A stretch of 64,000 nucleotides of DNA from Lingula anatina. Taxonomy: Eukaryota > Animalia > Brachiopoda. Both the position numbers and the translations under genes were made by a program. The stretch is from positions 4,588,001-4,652,000 of the forward strand of contig CM120642.1 in NCBI GenBank assembly GCA_051362555.1, in the 5' to 3' direction. This document shows, in pieces, positions 14,101 to 28,900 of this stretch. The notes below the pieces were generated by a model that had not been told where the DNA came from, searched no databases, and was given only the letters and a program-made list of their open reading frames with translations. Every line of letters starts with the position of its first letter. Positions within the stretch are counted from its first letter, which is position 1.

Positions 14101-15745
14101 CAATGGCACACGCCATCACACCCTCTTCAGTGACAGAAGACCCTGATGTATTAACTGGATCCCTGGTGAATTAAGTAGAATGTGTGGTTATGCATTCGAG
14201 ACATGAAATGATTTGAGTTCAAAGCCTGTCTGAACACTGCCTTACATGACTTATGTCAGTGTCTGGATAGAAACTGAGATTGGGGACACATCTAGGGCTG
14301 AAGTTATTTACCCAGGAAATACATCACATTCATGAAATGCTAGTGGCTACTGAAACATCCTGCTTTTTCTTTTTCTCCCTTTGTGAGTGTGTGTGGGGTG
14401 GGGGATGGATTGTGTATTTAACCAGGTCTCTACACCTTTTACATGCAGTGCAATGTTTAATTCCATGGGATGAAAGATTTTATAACATGCTTCTGATTTC
14501 TCGAATACTTTGATTTGTTATAGTTTTAAGAAAAGTGGTCATGTAAAAACATAGTCCACTTCCAGATGAATCATATACAATGTCCACTTCCACTAAAGTG
14601 TTGATCCTAATTTTTTGTCTGTAGTGTTTCTTCTGAAGTACGGAAGCCTGAGATGTCCTAATAGATTTAGAATTAGGAAACAAAGTGAATCACAAAGGAG
14701 AACGTCCTTGCGGAGTTAATGTTGTTCTGAAAAGATTGTTTGCACAAGTGTTGTAGTTCCTTTGCACATGTGCAGCAGAATGTCCTCAATAGTTATGGCG
14801 GGCCCCATTATAGTGTATTGAACAAGTTTGAGGTTCAGAGAGATATTATTGCACTTAATAGAAAATAGTTGATTGAGCCTTAAAAGGCATATTTTGAAAT
14901 GCAAGCTATTTAAACTAGCTGTTTTTCTACAGAATACAATGTTACCACAAATGATACAAAAAAAAAGTATTTAAAGACCGAACTATTACATAAACTGTGT
15001 TACCACTATGTGGATTGGCCATTGTGAGGGGTGGGGATGCATATACATGATGGTTTAGTAGTAAAGAGGTCCTTTAAGGGATTTACTGCAAGAATGGAAA
15101 CTACATTGATAATAGTTTTCTTACATCCCTCTATCGAACACATGATATTTTTTGCCATTTTAGGTCATTGGCATATAGCCCCTGTTCAGGACATTTATTA
15201 GTTATATCAGAGGACGAAACCACTATACAGTAATAACTATTTGAATGCACTAGCCTCAAGAGAGTTAACAACAACAGCCAATTTAATTTGTCTGGAAATT
15301 ATTGAGACTTACAAAAGATAACTTACATCAAAGACAGTTTTTGCTTTTTTCACCTAGAAAATTTACCACTTTTGAAGTTAGTTTGCAGTACAATAGTGTG
15401 AAATATGAAGACAGCTGGGATGTTGCTGCTTTAATTAATGGTGGAAGCAAGTGGGATATACATTTAGAAATAAATACTAAACTTGGTACTTTTTTATCTG
15501 AAACCTGATTCCTTGCTCATTCAGTTGAAACTAAGGGTTTTAGCAAGCACTGTATGATGAAAATAGCTTGTCATGCTAAAAAAGCCCCCCATACTAAATC
15601 TGCCTTACAGAAGATCAAAAAAGATTCAGACTGAGTTTTGTCTTTACATTTTCAGGAATACTTAAAAAGAAAATTATGCATGGAAATTTTAATGCTCTGA
15701 TTTAAGTGAATGGATATAGAAGACATAATTGAATGTACCCCTACA

Positions 15746-15790
<45 letters not shown>

Positions 15791-17827
15791 CAAAACATGG
15801 ATAATACTAAATATCTTTACAGACTTGTCCTGCCTTGCAGTATTTAATTTTCAGCCAGTTATACTACAAAAATAATTCATTTTTTCTATGCCTTCTCTCT
15901 TTAGGAAGGTAATTATTTAAAAAGTTTGAACAGCCTGTATTGATAATTTTGCCCTAAAGTTTTTTGTTTATAAAACTAAAAAACATGGTTCTAAAGTATT
16001 GAAAAGTTTGTTGACTTTCTGTCAGTAGGTAAATTGAAATCAGTACATTTTGAAAGCATACAATATTTGAGAAAAGTGAGGTGATTGAAAAGTTGAAGTA
16101 ATTACCATAAGTGCAGACAGATTGTTTATTGATAACTAATTTTGACAGCAGGGTGTCTGAGGCATATGCTTGCACTGGTGTTATGCAAGCACCAATTAGT
16201 GAATACTTGAGCAGGGAGGGCACTGGCTGAACCAAGTAACCAGGAAATGACGATTGGATTCAAAAACATTTTATAGTTGAAATCATGTGTGTTCTGCATG
16301 TCACACACCCCGAGTTTGACCATAAAATAGACTGACTTTAATAACTAGTGTCTGGTGCATGGTACCTGTAGTTAAAGTGAGGAGTTTAAATGCTCAGGGT
16401 AGCTCACAGCAACTAAATTAAGAATTTTGAACCCCTTGCTCAAAGATCTTTTTTTGTAATTTGCTGATTTTTCTGGCTAAAATGAACTTAGAATTCTAAG
16501 ACAATAGTTTGAGTGAAAAAGATTACACTCAAAGTATCAGTGGGCAAGGCATTAGTTGTTATAAAAACAGCCAAAATTCCTTTCGTGAACTATAACATAC
16601 CATTAATGTTTCATCTTTAATTGACAATTGTCACAAAAATGTGTTATCTATCTTAAGTTGCAGGCGTGCACAGAATAGTACTTTCACTGCAACAGACAAA
16701 GCCTGGCTCATTGGTTTCTTACACCAGAATAATTGCCAAACCAAATAGTGCTTGAGATCAGTTTTACATACTGGTGTATATCAGACTATTGCTCAATTGT
16801 GCATCATGTTGCGCACTAAGAGCCAAAACCACCAAGAAAAGAAAGCAATTGATGGGGTAATGTCTTTATGTTTGGCGTATCAAGATGGTTGAAATGATTC
16901 AATTGGTGTGGTATGGTCTGTAAGTTAGTGTCAGGGAGCTGTGAAAGAAAACAGCTTTCTCACGTACTTGGGTGGCAGAAATTGTGTCGTGATTGTAAAT
17001 GTTTCATTGCAGATAGCAGTTTTAAGAGTAACAATGGAGATAGCAGAATATTTGGCAGTCAGTGCTCTCATAGCAGAATTGGCGCAAGCATATTGTGGTT
17101 TCTTTTTTAGGCAATGTTTTTATGATAATAGAAGATGAAAATGGTGCACACTATTTGACTAGCCATGCTATTCAACTTCAATGATTTGGCAAATAAAACA
17201 GATCTTATAAAAGCATATTCTTCTACTATGTCTTAAAAAATTCAAAAGAAATTAATATATCAGCTATGATTGTGGCAAAAATTCTATATATTTCTTTCAA
17301 GTAAAGTACGTAGCTTTTCTCAAAAAGGTACATCTAAATATTAAATTGCAGTCATGATCCCATTCTTGACTGTTAAAGGAATACATTTGTAATCACAATT
17401 CCATCAGTCTATCACTAACCGTCTTTGTAAAAATGACTAAGACTTATCCAGTTGTACCTGACCCTGCTAGGGTCTGATCCTATACTCTCAACTTACTAGT
17501 ACTTTGTACAAATGGCACCTGCACTCTGATCACAACCACCCCATTTCTCTATAATCTATATCATTTCTTCCTCTCTGACTATGATTTGCAATTGAAGACC
17601 TGACTGAAGGTTGTCCTGGTGACTCCCTATTACCACAAGAAATAATATTATCAAACAGGGCAAAATATGTTGCTTTTTTAACTCCTAGTCAAAGGGTTTA
17701 AAAAGAGGAACACAATACAAATACTGCAAAGACTGGAATTAAGGTTGGATTAGATCACCCTTAACTTCAGAGACTGCATGGCACAACATGTAACAATCGT
17801 CTATCCAGCAACTGCTCTCATAAAATG

Positions 17828-17858
<31 letters not shown>

Positions 17859-19900
17859 ATATAAAGAAGTATGTTTCCTTTGGACTCTTAAGTTAGGATG
17901 GATTGAAATATTTATAATATGAAAACACTCTGGTATATTTTCTAGATGTTGGACCAGTGGTGGACACACGAGATGATCTGAAGTTTCAACGAGAATTGCG
18001 CGACCTGTATGTGCAAGGAGGTGGAGATTGTCCAGAAATGAGTATTACTGCAATACAGATGGCACTGCAGGTCTCCCTGCCGAACTCTTTTATCTATGTC
18101 TTCACAGATGCACGCTCCAAGGACTACGAAAAAACAAGTGAGGTGCTGACATTGATTCAGCAGAAACAAAGCCAGGTAAGGTGTAAAGCTTAAAATTTTG
18201 CAATTATTCCAAAGCATCTTGAAAATATTTAATAATACAGGAGTTTGTAATAAAGCATTTTGTCATTGAGATTTGCGACAACAGCATTGTGAGTTCCATT
18301 TTTGCCTTCGTCTTGGGAAAGACATTTATTTTTGTGTTATCTTATGTTATTTGTTTTTTTAGGATTTTTATTTTTGGAAATCGCACCATGATTATTTTGA
18401 CAAGAAAGAATGTCAAAACAGATTTATCAAAAGTAAAAATCTTGCTGAATTGCATGTTGTTGCTGCACCTGTTATTTACTTTCTACATCTTTAAAAAAAT
18501 CTTGTGGGATACAATAAATCTTGATGAAAATGCTTTGATTTGGTTAGCAGAAAATCATTTATTGATAACCCAATCCATGAATTAAAGACTGTGGTGTGGA
18601 TTTTACATCAAACAACCACAAAATGACTCAATCAAGACATCAAAGATTGAATAAGGGTATAGATTTGCATCAAGCTTTTTTTCAGCTTGGAAAGAACATG
18701 AAAGAGGGTTTGTCCTCACTTGTTTGGTAATTGGTTCTCTGTTTTCAAAGTCTTTGGCTCTGTAACCGGAGATATCTACAAATAGCTAGCCATTGGTGAG
18801 GTCTTCCATTTCTTGTTTGTTATGTCGATTACCTTTAACCATTGGTCACATCTCATTTGTCATCCGTGAAGACCTGTAAGTGACTTGTACATTGTGCTGT
18901 CATCTTGTATGTAAGACTAGAGTTTCAGGCAAGATTTAGAAATGTGTGTGTTCTAAAGATAGTTGACCTGTTTGACAACAGTAACTGCAACTTTCCAATG
19001 CTCTAGGACCTTCTGTTTCTGTACTAACTTTTTCATACCTCTGATTTAACTTTGAGTTTACTTAAAAAACAAGTGACATTTTTTTTAATGGCATAGTATT
19101 AGATTCATGTGGGAAAGGCATGGTGATTAATATATTTTTGTGTCAAATAAGAACTTCAATTCTAGTTTCTTGTAATTTCCACCAAATATGTGCTGATGGA
19201 GGTGGTGATCACTTTATTCTCATCTGCATCTACACAAATTTGTTATCCTTTTGGTAGCACAAACCATGGAATTCGATACACACGTCCACTTTTTCTTTCC
19301 TGTAGCCATCTTCAAGCCATTTTTCAAGGGGTATTTTTCTCCACTTATTGCTCAAGAGCTGTAAATATCAGTGTTTGCATTCTGTAGGTTTTAATGGTGC
19401 TGTCGTCCCCTTAAGTAAGGTTAATCTGTTTCCTAATTGGCAGTGCAGGGGATCTGGAACTGGTTATAATGGCCACAGCTTTAACCACAATGTTAACTTC
19501 TAAACTTGTCTCAGACACCTGTACAGCCATTATTTAGTCACCTAGCTGGAACAGCTGTTTGAATCCCCATGTCACAGTGCTTTGAATGGAAATTAATTGC
19601 CAAACAAAAGTGTACTTGATGAAACTAATGTACAAAGGTGAAGGCTGTGGTGTTTTTCTATAATGAAAAATATTTTTTGAAATAAATTGCATTATCAAAT
19701 TGTATAGAATGCTGGGGGTGGGGGCAGGTATCAATGTGACCAGGGTGAATGGGGCTTACTGTAGCCATATAAAAGTACAGACTCTGATTTTCGTTTTACC
19801 CTGTTTTCATCATCTTTCTATGGTATTGGCTGTCTAGACTGAACAGGCCATATCCAGATGTTGGAAAGAGGAACAACACACAACTAATATGTTTGTGTGT

Positions 19901-19931
<31 letters not shown>

Positions 19932-22900
19932 GGAGTTGAAACACTTCCTTAGGTCCTGCCTTTTTCGCTAAAATTAACCTCTGAATCTCAGGTTGTTATG
20001 CAAGGGTTATTGTTCAATTTGAACAGTAATGAAATGGATTTTGGCCTAAGTATTTTATTAAAAATTTGTAAGTTTTGACATAAAACACAAGTTAAAGGTC
20101 TTTTGTTTCTTCGCTGTGTGATGAAAAATTAATTTTATAAAATATTTAAGACACTAGCTATTGTAAAGTCAAGTTTGCATTTGAATGTCATGCTGCTTCA
20201 TGAACAGATGTTTTGCAAAGAAGTAGGCAAATTGTTCCAAACATGTAAGATCTTTTATAGATTACCACAGTAGCAATATCCTTTGGTTTTATTGTCAAGA
20301 TTAGTTCTTTATTAACACTTTGGCCAGAAACAGAGAGAATCATGGCAAGTTAAGCTCACAATAGTCCAAGTGATGTCAACAAGACCCCCCTCCCCCTCTC
20401 TCCCAGACCTGAGATTTTTATGTGGAATCAGTAATTGTTACTGATAATTGTTATGGGACCTAAGGTGGCCTCAGACCCCAGCCAATAAAGTGTTTTCTCC
20501 TACTATAAATGAACAGAGATTTTTTTAAAACTCAGACTTGTGTCTGATGGATGAAAGGGACAATTATCCCATGATGTCATCACAAAACAGAACAAAATTT
20601 TAATTGGTTAAAGGGATAATAACTCTTCGTATGAGATCTATATTTCACAATAAAAACACTGTGAACAGCTCATAGAAATATAATATATTCTGTTGTACCA
20701 CAAAAACTGAAGTTATAGCTATTATTCTGATGTCTGAGCTTTTCTTTAGACCACGTGACTGCCATTCATGGCCATACTCTGTTATAATCTCTTAAGAGAT
20801 TATAACAAAAAAGCAAACTTTTTAGAAAAAAACCAGGGACTAACTTTGAATGTAAAAATGGATTCATTAACCATTGGTAAGTATGGGAAAATTGTTGTTT
20901 ACTCCAGGAAAATTAATTTTTTGGCCAAAATGAAGAGTTATTATCCCTTTAATCTTAACCAATTTTTTATGCTTTGCATAGGGCAGTATGTGATCTGAGC
21001 ATTTGGTGACGTTGGTTGGACTCTTGGTAATTTAAGTTAGGCCAGATTTGACTGTGGCTTCCTAAATGAACCCATTTGACCTCTGTGCCTATCTCCTGCC
21101 CTGTGATCAGCCAATGGCCACGTGTCTGGGCTGCAAGAACTTAGACTATTTATCTTAGGCATTTTTTGCACATTAATGGCTGTTTTCAACTCACCAGTGC
21201 TGTTGCGATTAATTAAGAAACATACAGTCTCCCTCGGCAGGAAGGGATGAGTTGTACAGAAGGGTGCATGGTGAGAGTGTACTGGGCCAGTGTTCTCTAA
21301 GGTTCAGAATGCTGCTTGGTACTTGCCTCATGCTCTCTGCTACTGTCAGGGGCATGAAAACAGCTGGTGACAGAGGTTGGTTTTAATTAGACTCTGAAAT
21401 TCAGTGAGTGCAAACTTGAGCAGATTTTTCTTGTTCCAAACTGTACATGGATATACTAATTTGACTTACTTTTTCCAAAAAAAAAGGTGCCAATGAATAC
21501 TGTATGTGCTTATTCAAAAGTGAAGTAAGACAATCCTTCTTAGAAAGCAGGAAAATAGGGTTTAGAACTATATTTAGAATTTGATCACAGTTTCTTTTTA
21601 GGCATGGAGATGGTGCTTCGTTGCTATATTTGCTCAAATTTATCAACCACATTTAAACACAGCAATCTTCCATTTTAGAAAATTAATTCCTGTCACCCAT
21701 GCCAGCTAATTTTAGCAAGTATTTGTGACTCCATCAGAAGATGTAGCTATTTCAATAAACACTTGCATTGCACATGCCTTCAGCAAAGTGGCAGTAGAAG
21801 GGATGTGATGTAATGTATCCCAAGTCATCTATGGTTCACAGCTATTGGTGTGAAATACCCCAGGTGTTGATGAAATTAAACTATGATTTGTTGACAGATT
21901 TGACCTTTCAAGTTCCAGAAACCATTTCGACAGAACCATATCCTGTCAGCACCCGGCTGATTATGAAACTGCATGATTAGCTTTGTTGTGGTCCCCTTTA
22001 CCACCTTGCTTGACATATCAAAAGGAAGTAATGGTTTTAGGGGCTAAAAGTAGTTATAAAGATGTTGTCAAGGATGATGCAAAGAAAGGAAATATTGAAA
22101 CAAATTATTCCAATAAAGTTTCAGGTACATGCAGTTGTTGAAAGAGATGTTGCAAAAAGGTGGAAGGGCTCATAGGTGTTCCTACTGCCACCTCCTCCCC
22201 AATTGTCTGCTTTTATGCAAAATACATGGTAGACTAGAAATAAATAGCTGGCCCCTCTGTGTGAGGAAGGTGTGAATACAGACAGAGATCCATCTGTGGC
22301 TCAGACAGTCTAGTCATGAGGTAAACTGAGTTGAATCTTAAAAAATAATACTGAAAGAACTTAGAGACACTCAAGTATGATCAAGTCAGCAGAGTATCTG
22401 TAAAAAGCAGTTATCAAACAAAAATTATTATGTTTTTTTTTTTTTGAAAATGAACATTTATTTAAGTATCACCAGGAATTAATTAGGCTTTCTGGTTCTC
22501 AAATTGTTTTTTGGTCACACCACCTATCTGGACAGAACTCAACAGGACTCCCTTTGGGAGTGTTCTGGCCCCAATAACCCACCAAATAACACATGAGAAA
22601 ACCCCAGAATATACAACAATTGGAAGGAGAGCTTTTTGGATGCCTTTCATGATTGTATATCTAGGGTAAGTGTGAACAGCTTTTGTCAACAATGTCAGTG
22701 ATCCGAGGGCAAAACAAGTATTTGAAGTGAACAGTAGCAGACTGGTATCCATAATAGATAGCCTGTATGGTTTTTTCTGCATTATTTGTGGAATGTTTTT
22801 GTTTGTGTGGGTTAACAATGTCTTTGTTGTTGTTATTGTTTGGGGAAGGGGTATGGATGTCACCTGTGCTGACAAATATGTTTTTGATTGAGTAACATCT

Positions 22901-25900
22901 TAGAAAGTTTTGTCAGAATGAAGCTTGGAAGAGAAAATTGGGGAATGTGTTTTGGTATGGTATTGGGCTGGGTTCCAGCAAGAGAACGTAAATAAAGGGT
23001 ATATTTTAGGTTTTATGAAATGAAAACATCTGGGTTTGTGTTCTGTACTTGTATTGCTGAAGAGCCCTCTTCTATTGGCATGGATCTGAAATTATTAAAA
23101 AAAAAAAACTCAAAAGTTGACTTCAGTTTGGAATGTTGTGGACATTCTAACCCTTGTTGCCGAGCAGCTCAATGGGGTTCTAAACAAACAAGTCATTGTA
23201 TGTCAAGAAGCATTGCTAACCAGTTGTAAAAATTGAGAGTTATGCAACGAGTTTTCCATGTGCTCCATGTACGTTGACACAAAGTACAATTTGTTTGCGA
23301 GACCTCTGCACAAGAGCTTACAAGATGGAGCATTCATGTGTCAAGAACTGTTTATTTTAATGGGGTTGTAAAAATTGTCATTGATTTAGAACCAGATGCA
23401 CTCTGTAACTTGTGTGGCTTTGCCAGTTTGCAACTAGTATCAAACAATATTACTTGAGGAACTCTCCAATTCCATTTCTTGTCTAGTTCTGTCAGGCTCT
23501 ATATAGTTCAAATAATAATTTTTTTCATATACTAGAATTTTTCTTGCTGACATCAAACTAAGTCTTTGCTTTGCTTCGATTCTTTTTGCCTGAGGAAATA
23601 CCTATTAATGTCAAACAAAAAACATTTTGCAGCTGGTTTCCCATTATTGCACTCCAGTGTTTAGCACTCTCTTATGTCTTTTTTGTTGTGTTCGCAGTGA
23701 CTGTAGTATAGTTGGAAACACTGGATGTCAAACTTTTAGAAGATGTACGTATAAATTACATAAAAACCTTAACCGCTATTACATCAGGATGTGGTAATGA
23801 TAATATTTGACATTCCAGATAGTGTCCATTACATATTAAAGAAAACACAGGGTAAAAAATAATTAAAGACAATAAATGCTATGCTCCAGGTTAAATTTCC
23901 TCAATAAAAGATGCCATTGACTTCAACTTCATTTTTCAGCTAATACAGAACAACCAAGAACAACAATACAGAACGATTCATTGAGAAACAATTCATATTG
24001 AAATGTGATAAAATTCCTACTTTTATTTATGTCCCAGGTGGTGTTTGTGATGACAGGAGACTGTGGCAATACCTCCCACCCTGGATACCAAGCCTACGAG
24101 CAGATTGCCTCTACCAGTTCAGGGCAGGTGTTCTTGCTCAAAAAGTCTGAAGTCAATCAGGTAAGTCATCATTTGGGTAATCTCTCATGGCACTTATGAT
24201 CAAATGATCAGTGAAATGAAATCAGTTGTGGTGAAGGGAAAAAGTTGGGAACTTTTGGTGCCAGAGGATGTCATTCTGATACTTTTTATGTTAGTATTTA
24301 TGTGATAAACCAATAAGGATAACGTAATCTTAAAGAATGTGAGGCCATTGCCAAGTGTTGATATGGTGGCAAAGCTTTGAAAGAAAAGCAATGTGAGTCC
24401 ATTTATGTTTGAGAAAACCTATGAATTCAGATTTTGCCATGGTTTGTACGGGTGAATAGAAATTTCAAATAACATAAGTTTCCTTCTGTCAGCTTTGAAA
24501 TGTTCAAGTATTTTTGGTCCCAATTGTGGCCTGTTCTTTGAAGATTCATCAAATATTTGCCGATTGTTTATCCTGTTCCTAAAATGTGGAGTCTACCATC
24601 AATAAGAGAAGCAAGCTGAAGACTTTCACCCACACTCTAAACATACAGGCTAGGGGATCAGGTGATTTGGCTGTTTTTCAGAATGTATTGTACTTTATAG
24701 GACAGGAATTTGGTATGGTTCATTTGAAATGGCAAAGATCAAGAGCAGAGATTCCACAAGGAAAAAATTAGTTTATGCTTTATGTCCAAAAAGACCACCC
24801 TCAACAATGTGGAAAGGAGAGATTTGAAATCTCTTGGAGGGCTTGTCTGAATGAGGAAGAGGTAAAAAATAAGGCATTTTTCATGGAAATTGGATGATTT
24901 GGCATGTGAGTGCAATGTATCCTCTGGAGGTTCAACTATCAAGAGTTAAAAAAAATAAAACATTCGACAATATCTCAAATGGGATAAGCTACATAATGTC
25001 AAAATAGAAAAAAAACACCCCATGTATCTTGTGTTATTTTATTTTATTTTATTTTATTTTGTGTGTGTGATAGTCTAAAATAAAAGGTCATAATGTATTT
25101 TTTATAAAAAAAATCTGAACCAAACCGAAATATGTCAGAACTGAATGGGGTGAATTTTTTCCAGTTGACAATTGTTTCATAGTTTTCATCTCTATTTTGG
25201 TCTTTTGCCAAGAACAGTAAAAAGGAGTTGCCATATCTATTTCTTTCTAAGTAAAATGCGATGACAGACAACATGTCCTACACAATAACAAGGGCTCAGC
25301 TGGTTTCATCAAAAAAACTTTTACTAAGTTTTTGCCTTAACTTTTAGACTCAGGTTTTTAGCCTACTTCCATTCAGTATAAATCTAAAGTAATCCACTGA
25401 AATTAAGTAACTATTGTTTTAAAACTATTTCTCTCTGGCTACAAAGCAGGTGTGTTATTTGATTTGAATGCTAAAACTCTGTTATGAAACAGGCACCAAC
25501 CTTTTTTGACTAAGATTGACTGCAATTGAAATATGTCTTACCAAAACTTTTTGTTTACCATCAGAGTGGCAGCATAAGGTCATATCACACAAATAAAGAC
25601 TGCTTTATTAGTATGTCTGTCCCAACTTCTCCATAAAACCAGTGGTTGGCCACTGAGGCATAGCTTCAGACAGTGGTCTCCCAACGGAAATGGCAAAAAG
25701 CACCAGAGCAGGAGGTCATCTTTTTAATTGGATATTGATCTGTAGGTTGTGGCCAGTGGTCATGTAGAGTCAGATGTGGTTAGGTGTCCCCCCTGTTACC
25801 ATTGACACCCCCTGTCTGGTTTGTCAGACCTGGTTATAGTGACCCAAAGTTTGACAATGCCCATAGTGTATAGTATGGTGGATGAAGGGAATGCACTCAA

Positions 25901-28900
25901 GAGCCATTGACATTCCAATAGAGAGATCATAGCTTTTTCTTTATTGTCGGAAGGAATTATGAAAGTAACGTCAGAGACCATTAAGTGTAATACGAGTATC
26001 AAATTGAATATTTTAACATATTCAAAATATCTGATGTTCATATAAATTGCATTTCTAAAAACTGATGGTAATGGGTCTTTAAATTTCAAATTGCAAAATT
26101 GGTAGACAATAAAACCACCAGTTGAGATGAAAATAAATTAATGAGCAACCATTGGCAAGTCTGCAGTGACCTCATAGTGCTGAATGGTGTGTTGTTATAC
26201 AATATACAGTAGTTGGTAGAATGCCTTTGTTTTTCCAGCCAACGCCAGCAGGGTGGTAGAAGTCATTTGTGTTTTACGTGAGAGAAAACTGGGTTAAGTA
26301 ACCATAGCCCAGGTCATGGCAACTGATTGGAACAAGCTGTATCTGCAGCAACACTACTCAAGGCTCTGATCAGTTACGTGAAATGTTTATCAACAGCTAA
26401 AGATAATTTGCTCAAGCTGATAAAAAGCATTATTTTATTAACTCCCTTTCAACAATTTTTTATAGCTTTCTATGATGAGTTTCATTTTACAAAAAGTGTA
26501 ATTTACAATAAACTCATTCTACCTCTGTTGATTGCTCTGTTAACACTTAATTAGTAAAATGGCATACGGAAACTTAAATAGACTGGTATTGATGCAGCTT
26601 CACCAACAAGGTGTATAATATATGTTTATTACAATATGTATTATTTTATTTTTGTAAAATATGAATGTCACACTGTTTGAAAAATCAGCTTGCACTCCTT
26701 TTTATGCATGAATGTTGACTTAGACTTGTCTTCAAGTCTTTCAAATATCAATTGAAAATGTGATTTAATTTGAGTATTTTTGCAACTTCCAGATGTTTTT
26801 CCTTAGACATTAAACAGCTACATTCTCAATAAAGGTGTATTAATCTGATGATTCGATAAACTGAATTTGTTATAATCAGCCTGTTCACTGAGCCATTGTG
26901 AACCCAGACAAAGTGCAAAATTTAGAGCACCTGTGAAAATAAGGGTTATGTATAAAGTTCAGATGGAGGAAAGAAATTAATGGTGAGAATATTGGCAAAG
27001 TTTGCAAATCTTGTTTAAAATCTTCTGTAACTTTCACTAATACATGTAACTATTACAGTGTGAAAAGAAAAGGTTTCTTTTCATCTTTGTACATGCCTTA
27101 TTTTTTCCATGCCACATAAATGTACATAGTTGGTATGGTTATTCAACTCCACCAAACAGCCATTAAAAGATTAGATAGCAACATAGTGAAACAGAACTGC
27201 TTTGTTCTGCCTGAGGACAGTTTCCTGGCCAGGAATGCTAACTGCTAAAAAAGGAAATGGTTTGTCCCTAGCCAATGTACCCTAGATATATTTGGGAGTT
27301 CACTTGCCACCACACATGACAAATGTAATGAAGAAAACCTATATTAACTGCACAGATGATAAAATAAGTATCTTCATTTATTTTTTTTTTTCAAAGATGG
27401 CCATTCTATTGTATTTTCTCATCTTAAACATGATCTTTTCGTCCTTATTATTTTTGGGCTCTTCCACCCCAATTTAAACAAGAAGATGAGATGAAATTTT
27501 CATTATTCATTAAGTACTGACTGCATAGAAAATTTTTACAACTGTAGAGTTACTATGGAATTATTCAACACGGAATAGTTGTTCAAGTAATACCAAGAGG
27601 CTGAAATTTGAATCAAAAACTAATAGTGTTTGACTTTTTTTAAACAAGTTTCTCAAATGTCTTTTCTTTGCCTGCATGTGAGTTGATGAGAAATAACCAT
27701 AATGAAATAATAAGCATTTGATTAGCACATCCTTCCAAGCCTGTTGGTAGACACTTGTATCTCTGCATCAACAGAGTTAACATTCCGTCTTTGTTGGGCT
27801 TCAATTTTGCATCAAGTTCTGAAGATACTAATGGTTTCATAGTACTTTTTGTAATCATTTTCAATTTGTGTATCTTTGGTCGGAAGTTGTGTGTGCAATT
27901 TTCAAAAGTCTGTGGGCAACCCTGATTATTTAGAGAACCACACACATAAAAAGGTCAATTCACGGCACCAGACAGAATGAGTTATGTTACACACAACATG
28001 GAATTATCAAAGAAACCCCTCAAAAAAATCTAGATTTCAGTCCCAAGACATAGTGAACCACTATAGTTATAGTGTTAAAACACACGGCTTAAAAAATGAA
28101 GGGAAATTATTCAACAACCACTAATAGTCCCCCCTATGAAGATCGGTGTACGATTTCAGTTGTAATGGTGATAGAGTACTAGAAAGTGGAATTTACGCTG
28201 ACAAGGAAACAAGGGTTGCGGTAAAATGGCATGAAAAGCTATCACACTGTAACCTCCAAAATACTGTTATGTTCCATAAAAACATTTTATGAGGAACAGG
28301 TTTCTAGCTTGTTAATGACAATGGTTCGTACAGCGTTGGTTGTTAGTGAAGCAACTTTTTATGCAAGATGACAGGCTGTAACGATGGAACAGTTGGAGGC
28401 ATTATTATGTACACTTCCTAATAAAAGTACAGAGTGTTTTGCCCCAAAAATAGGGCAATCACAACGGAATACATAGATTGAAGCTTCGCTCCATATACAG
28501 GGTGTGACATAAATGTGCAGGGAAGAGGGAAAAGGTGGCTTGACAAATACACATGGCAATTAGCTTTTATTTATGTATTTTATTCAAAGCATTTCATAGT
28601 TTTGGTAAAAAGTTTACCAAGTTTCATTATAATTGCGTAAGACAGGAAGTAAAAATGGGGAAATAGAAAAATAGGTATCTAGTATATGTCCGGTGACTTG
28701 TGTATTTCAGTAATAGTCAGTTTTGATGTATTAATAAGCTATGAATGAGAAGTTACTGAATTTAATTTTCTATTGAAGTTTTTGGAATTAGTACGATAAT
28801 GCTCTGTTTTAATGTTATAATTATTAAAAGAATTTCACAATTATTCATTGTAGGTGCTGAATTTTGTACGTGTAGCAGTCCAGTCTCGAAAGGTTAATTT

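Noticed and set aside
14160-14235. Degenerate A-box/B-box (GAGTTCAAAGCC) suggesting a tRNA or SINE head
   Set aside because: No cloverleaf can be drawn; at most an old SINE remnant, too decayed to call
15554-15633. ATGATGA ... CTGA spacing resembling a C/D box snoRNA
   Set aside because: No terminal stem or recognisable rRNA guide; such motifs are frequent in AT-rich DNA
17858-17874. AATATAAAGAAGTATGT resembles the 3' part of mature miR-1 (16 of 17 nt)
   Set aside because: The seed GGAATG is absent, and the upstream sequence is a (TA)n microsatellite rather than a complementary star arm; likely chance
22483-22875. 130-aa minus-strand ORF in intron 2
   Set aside because: No recognisable motif; non-ATG start; consistent with chance
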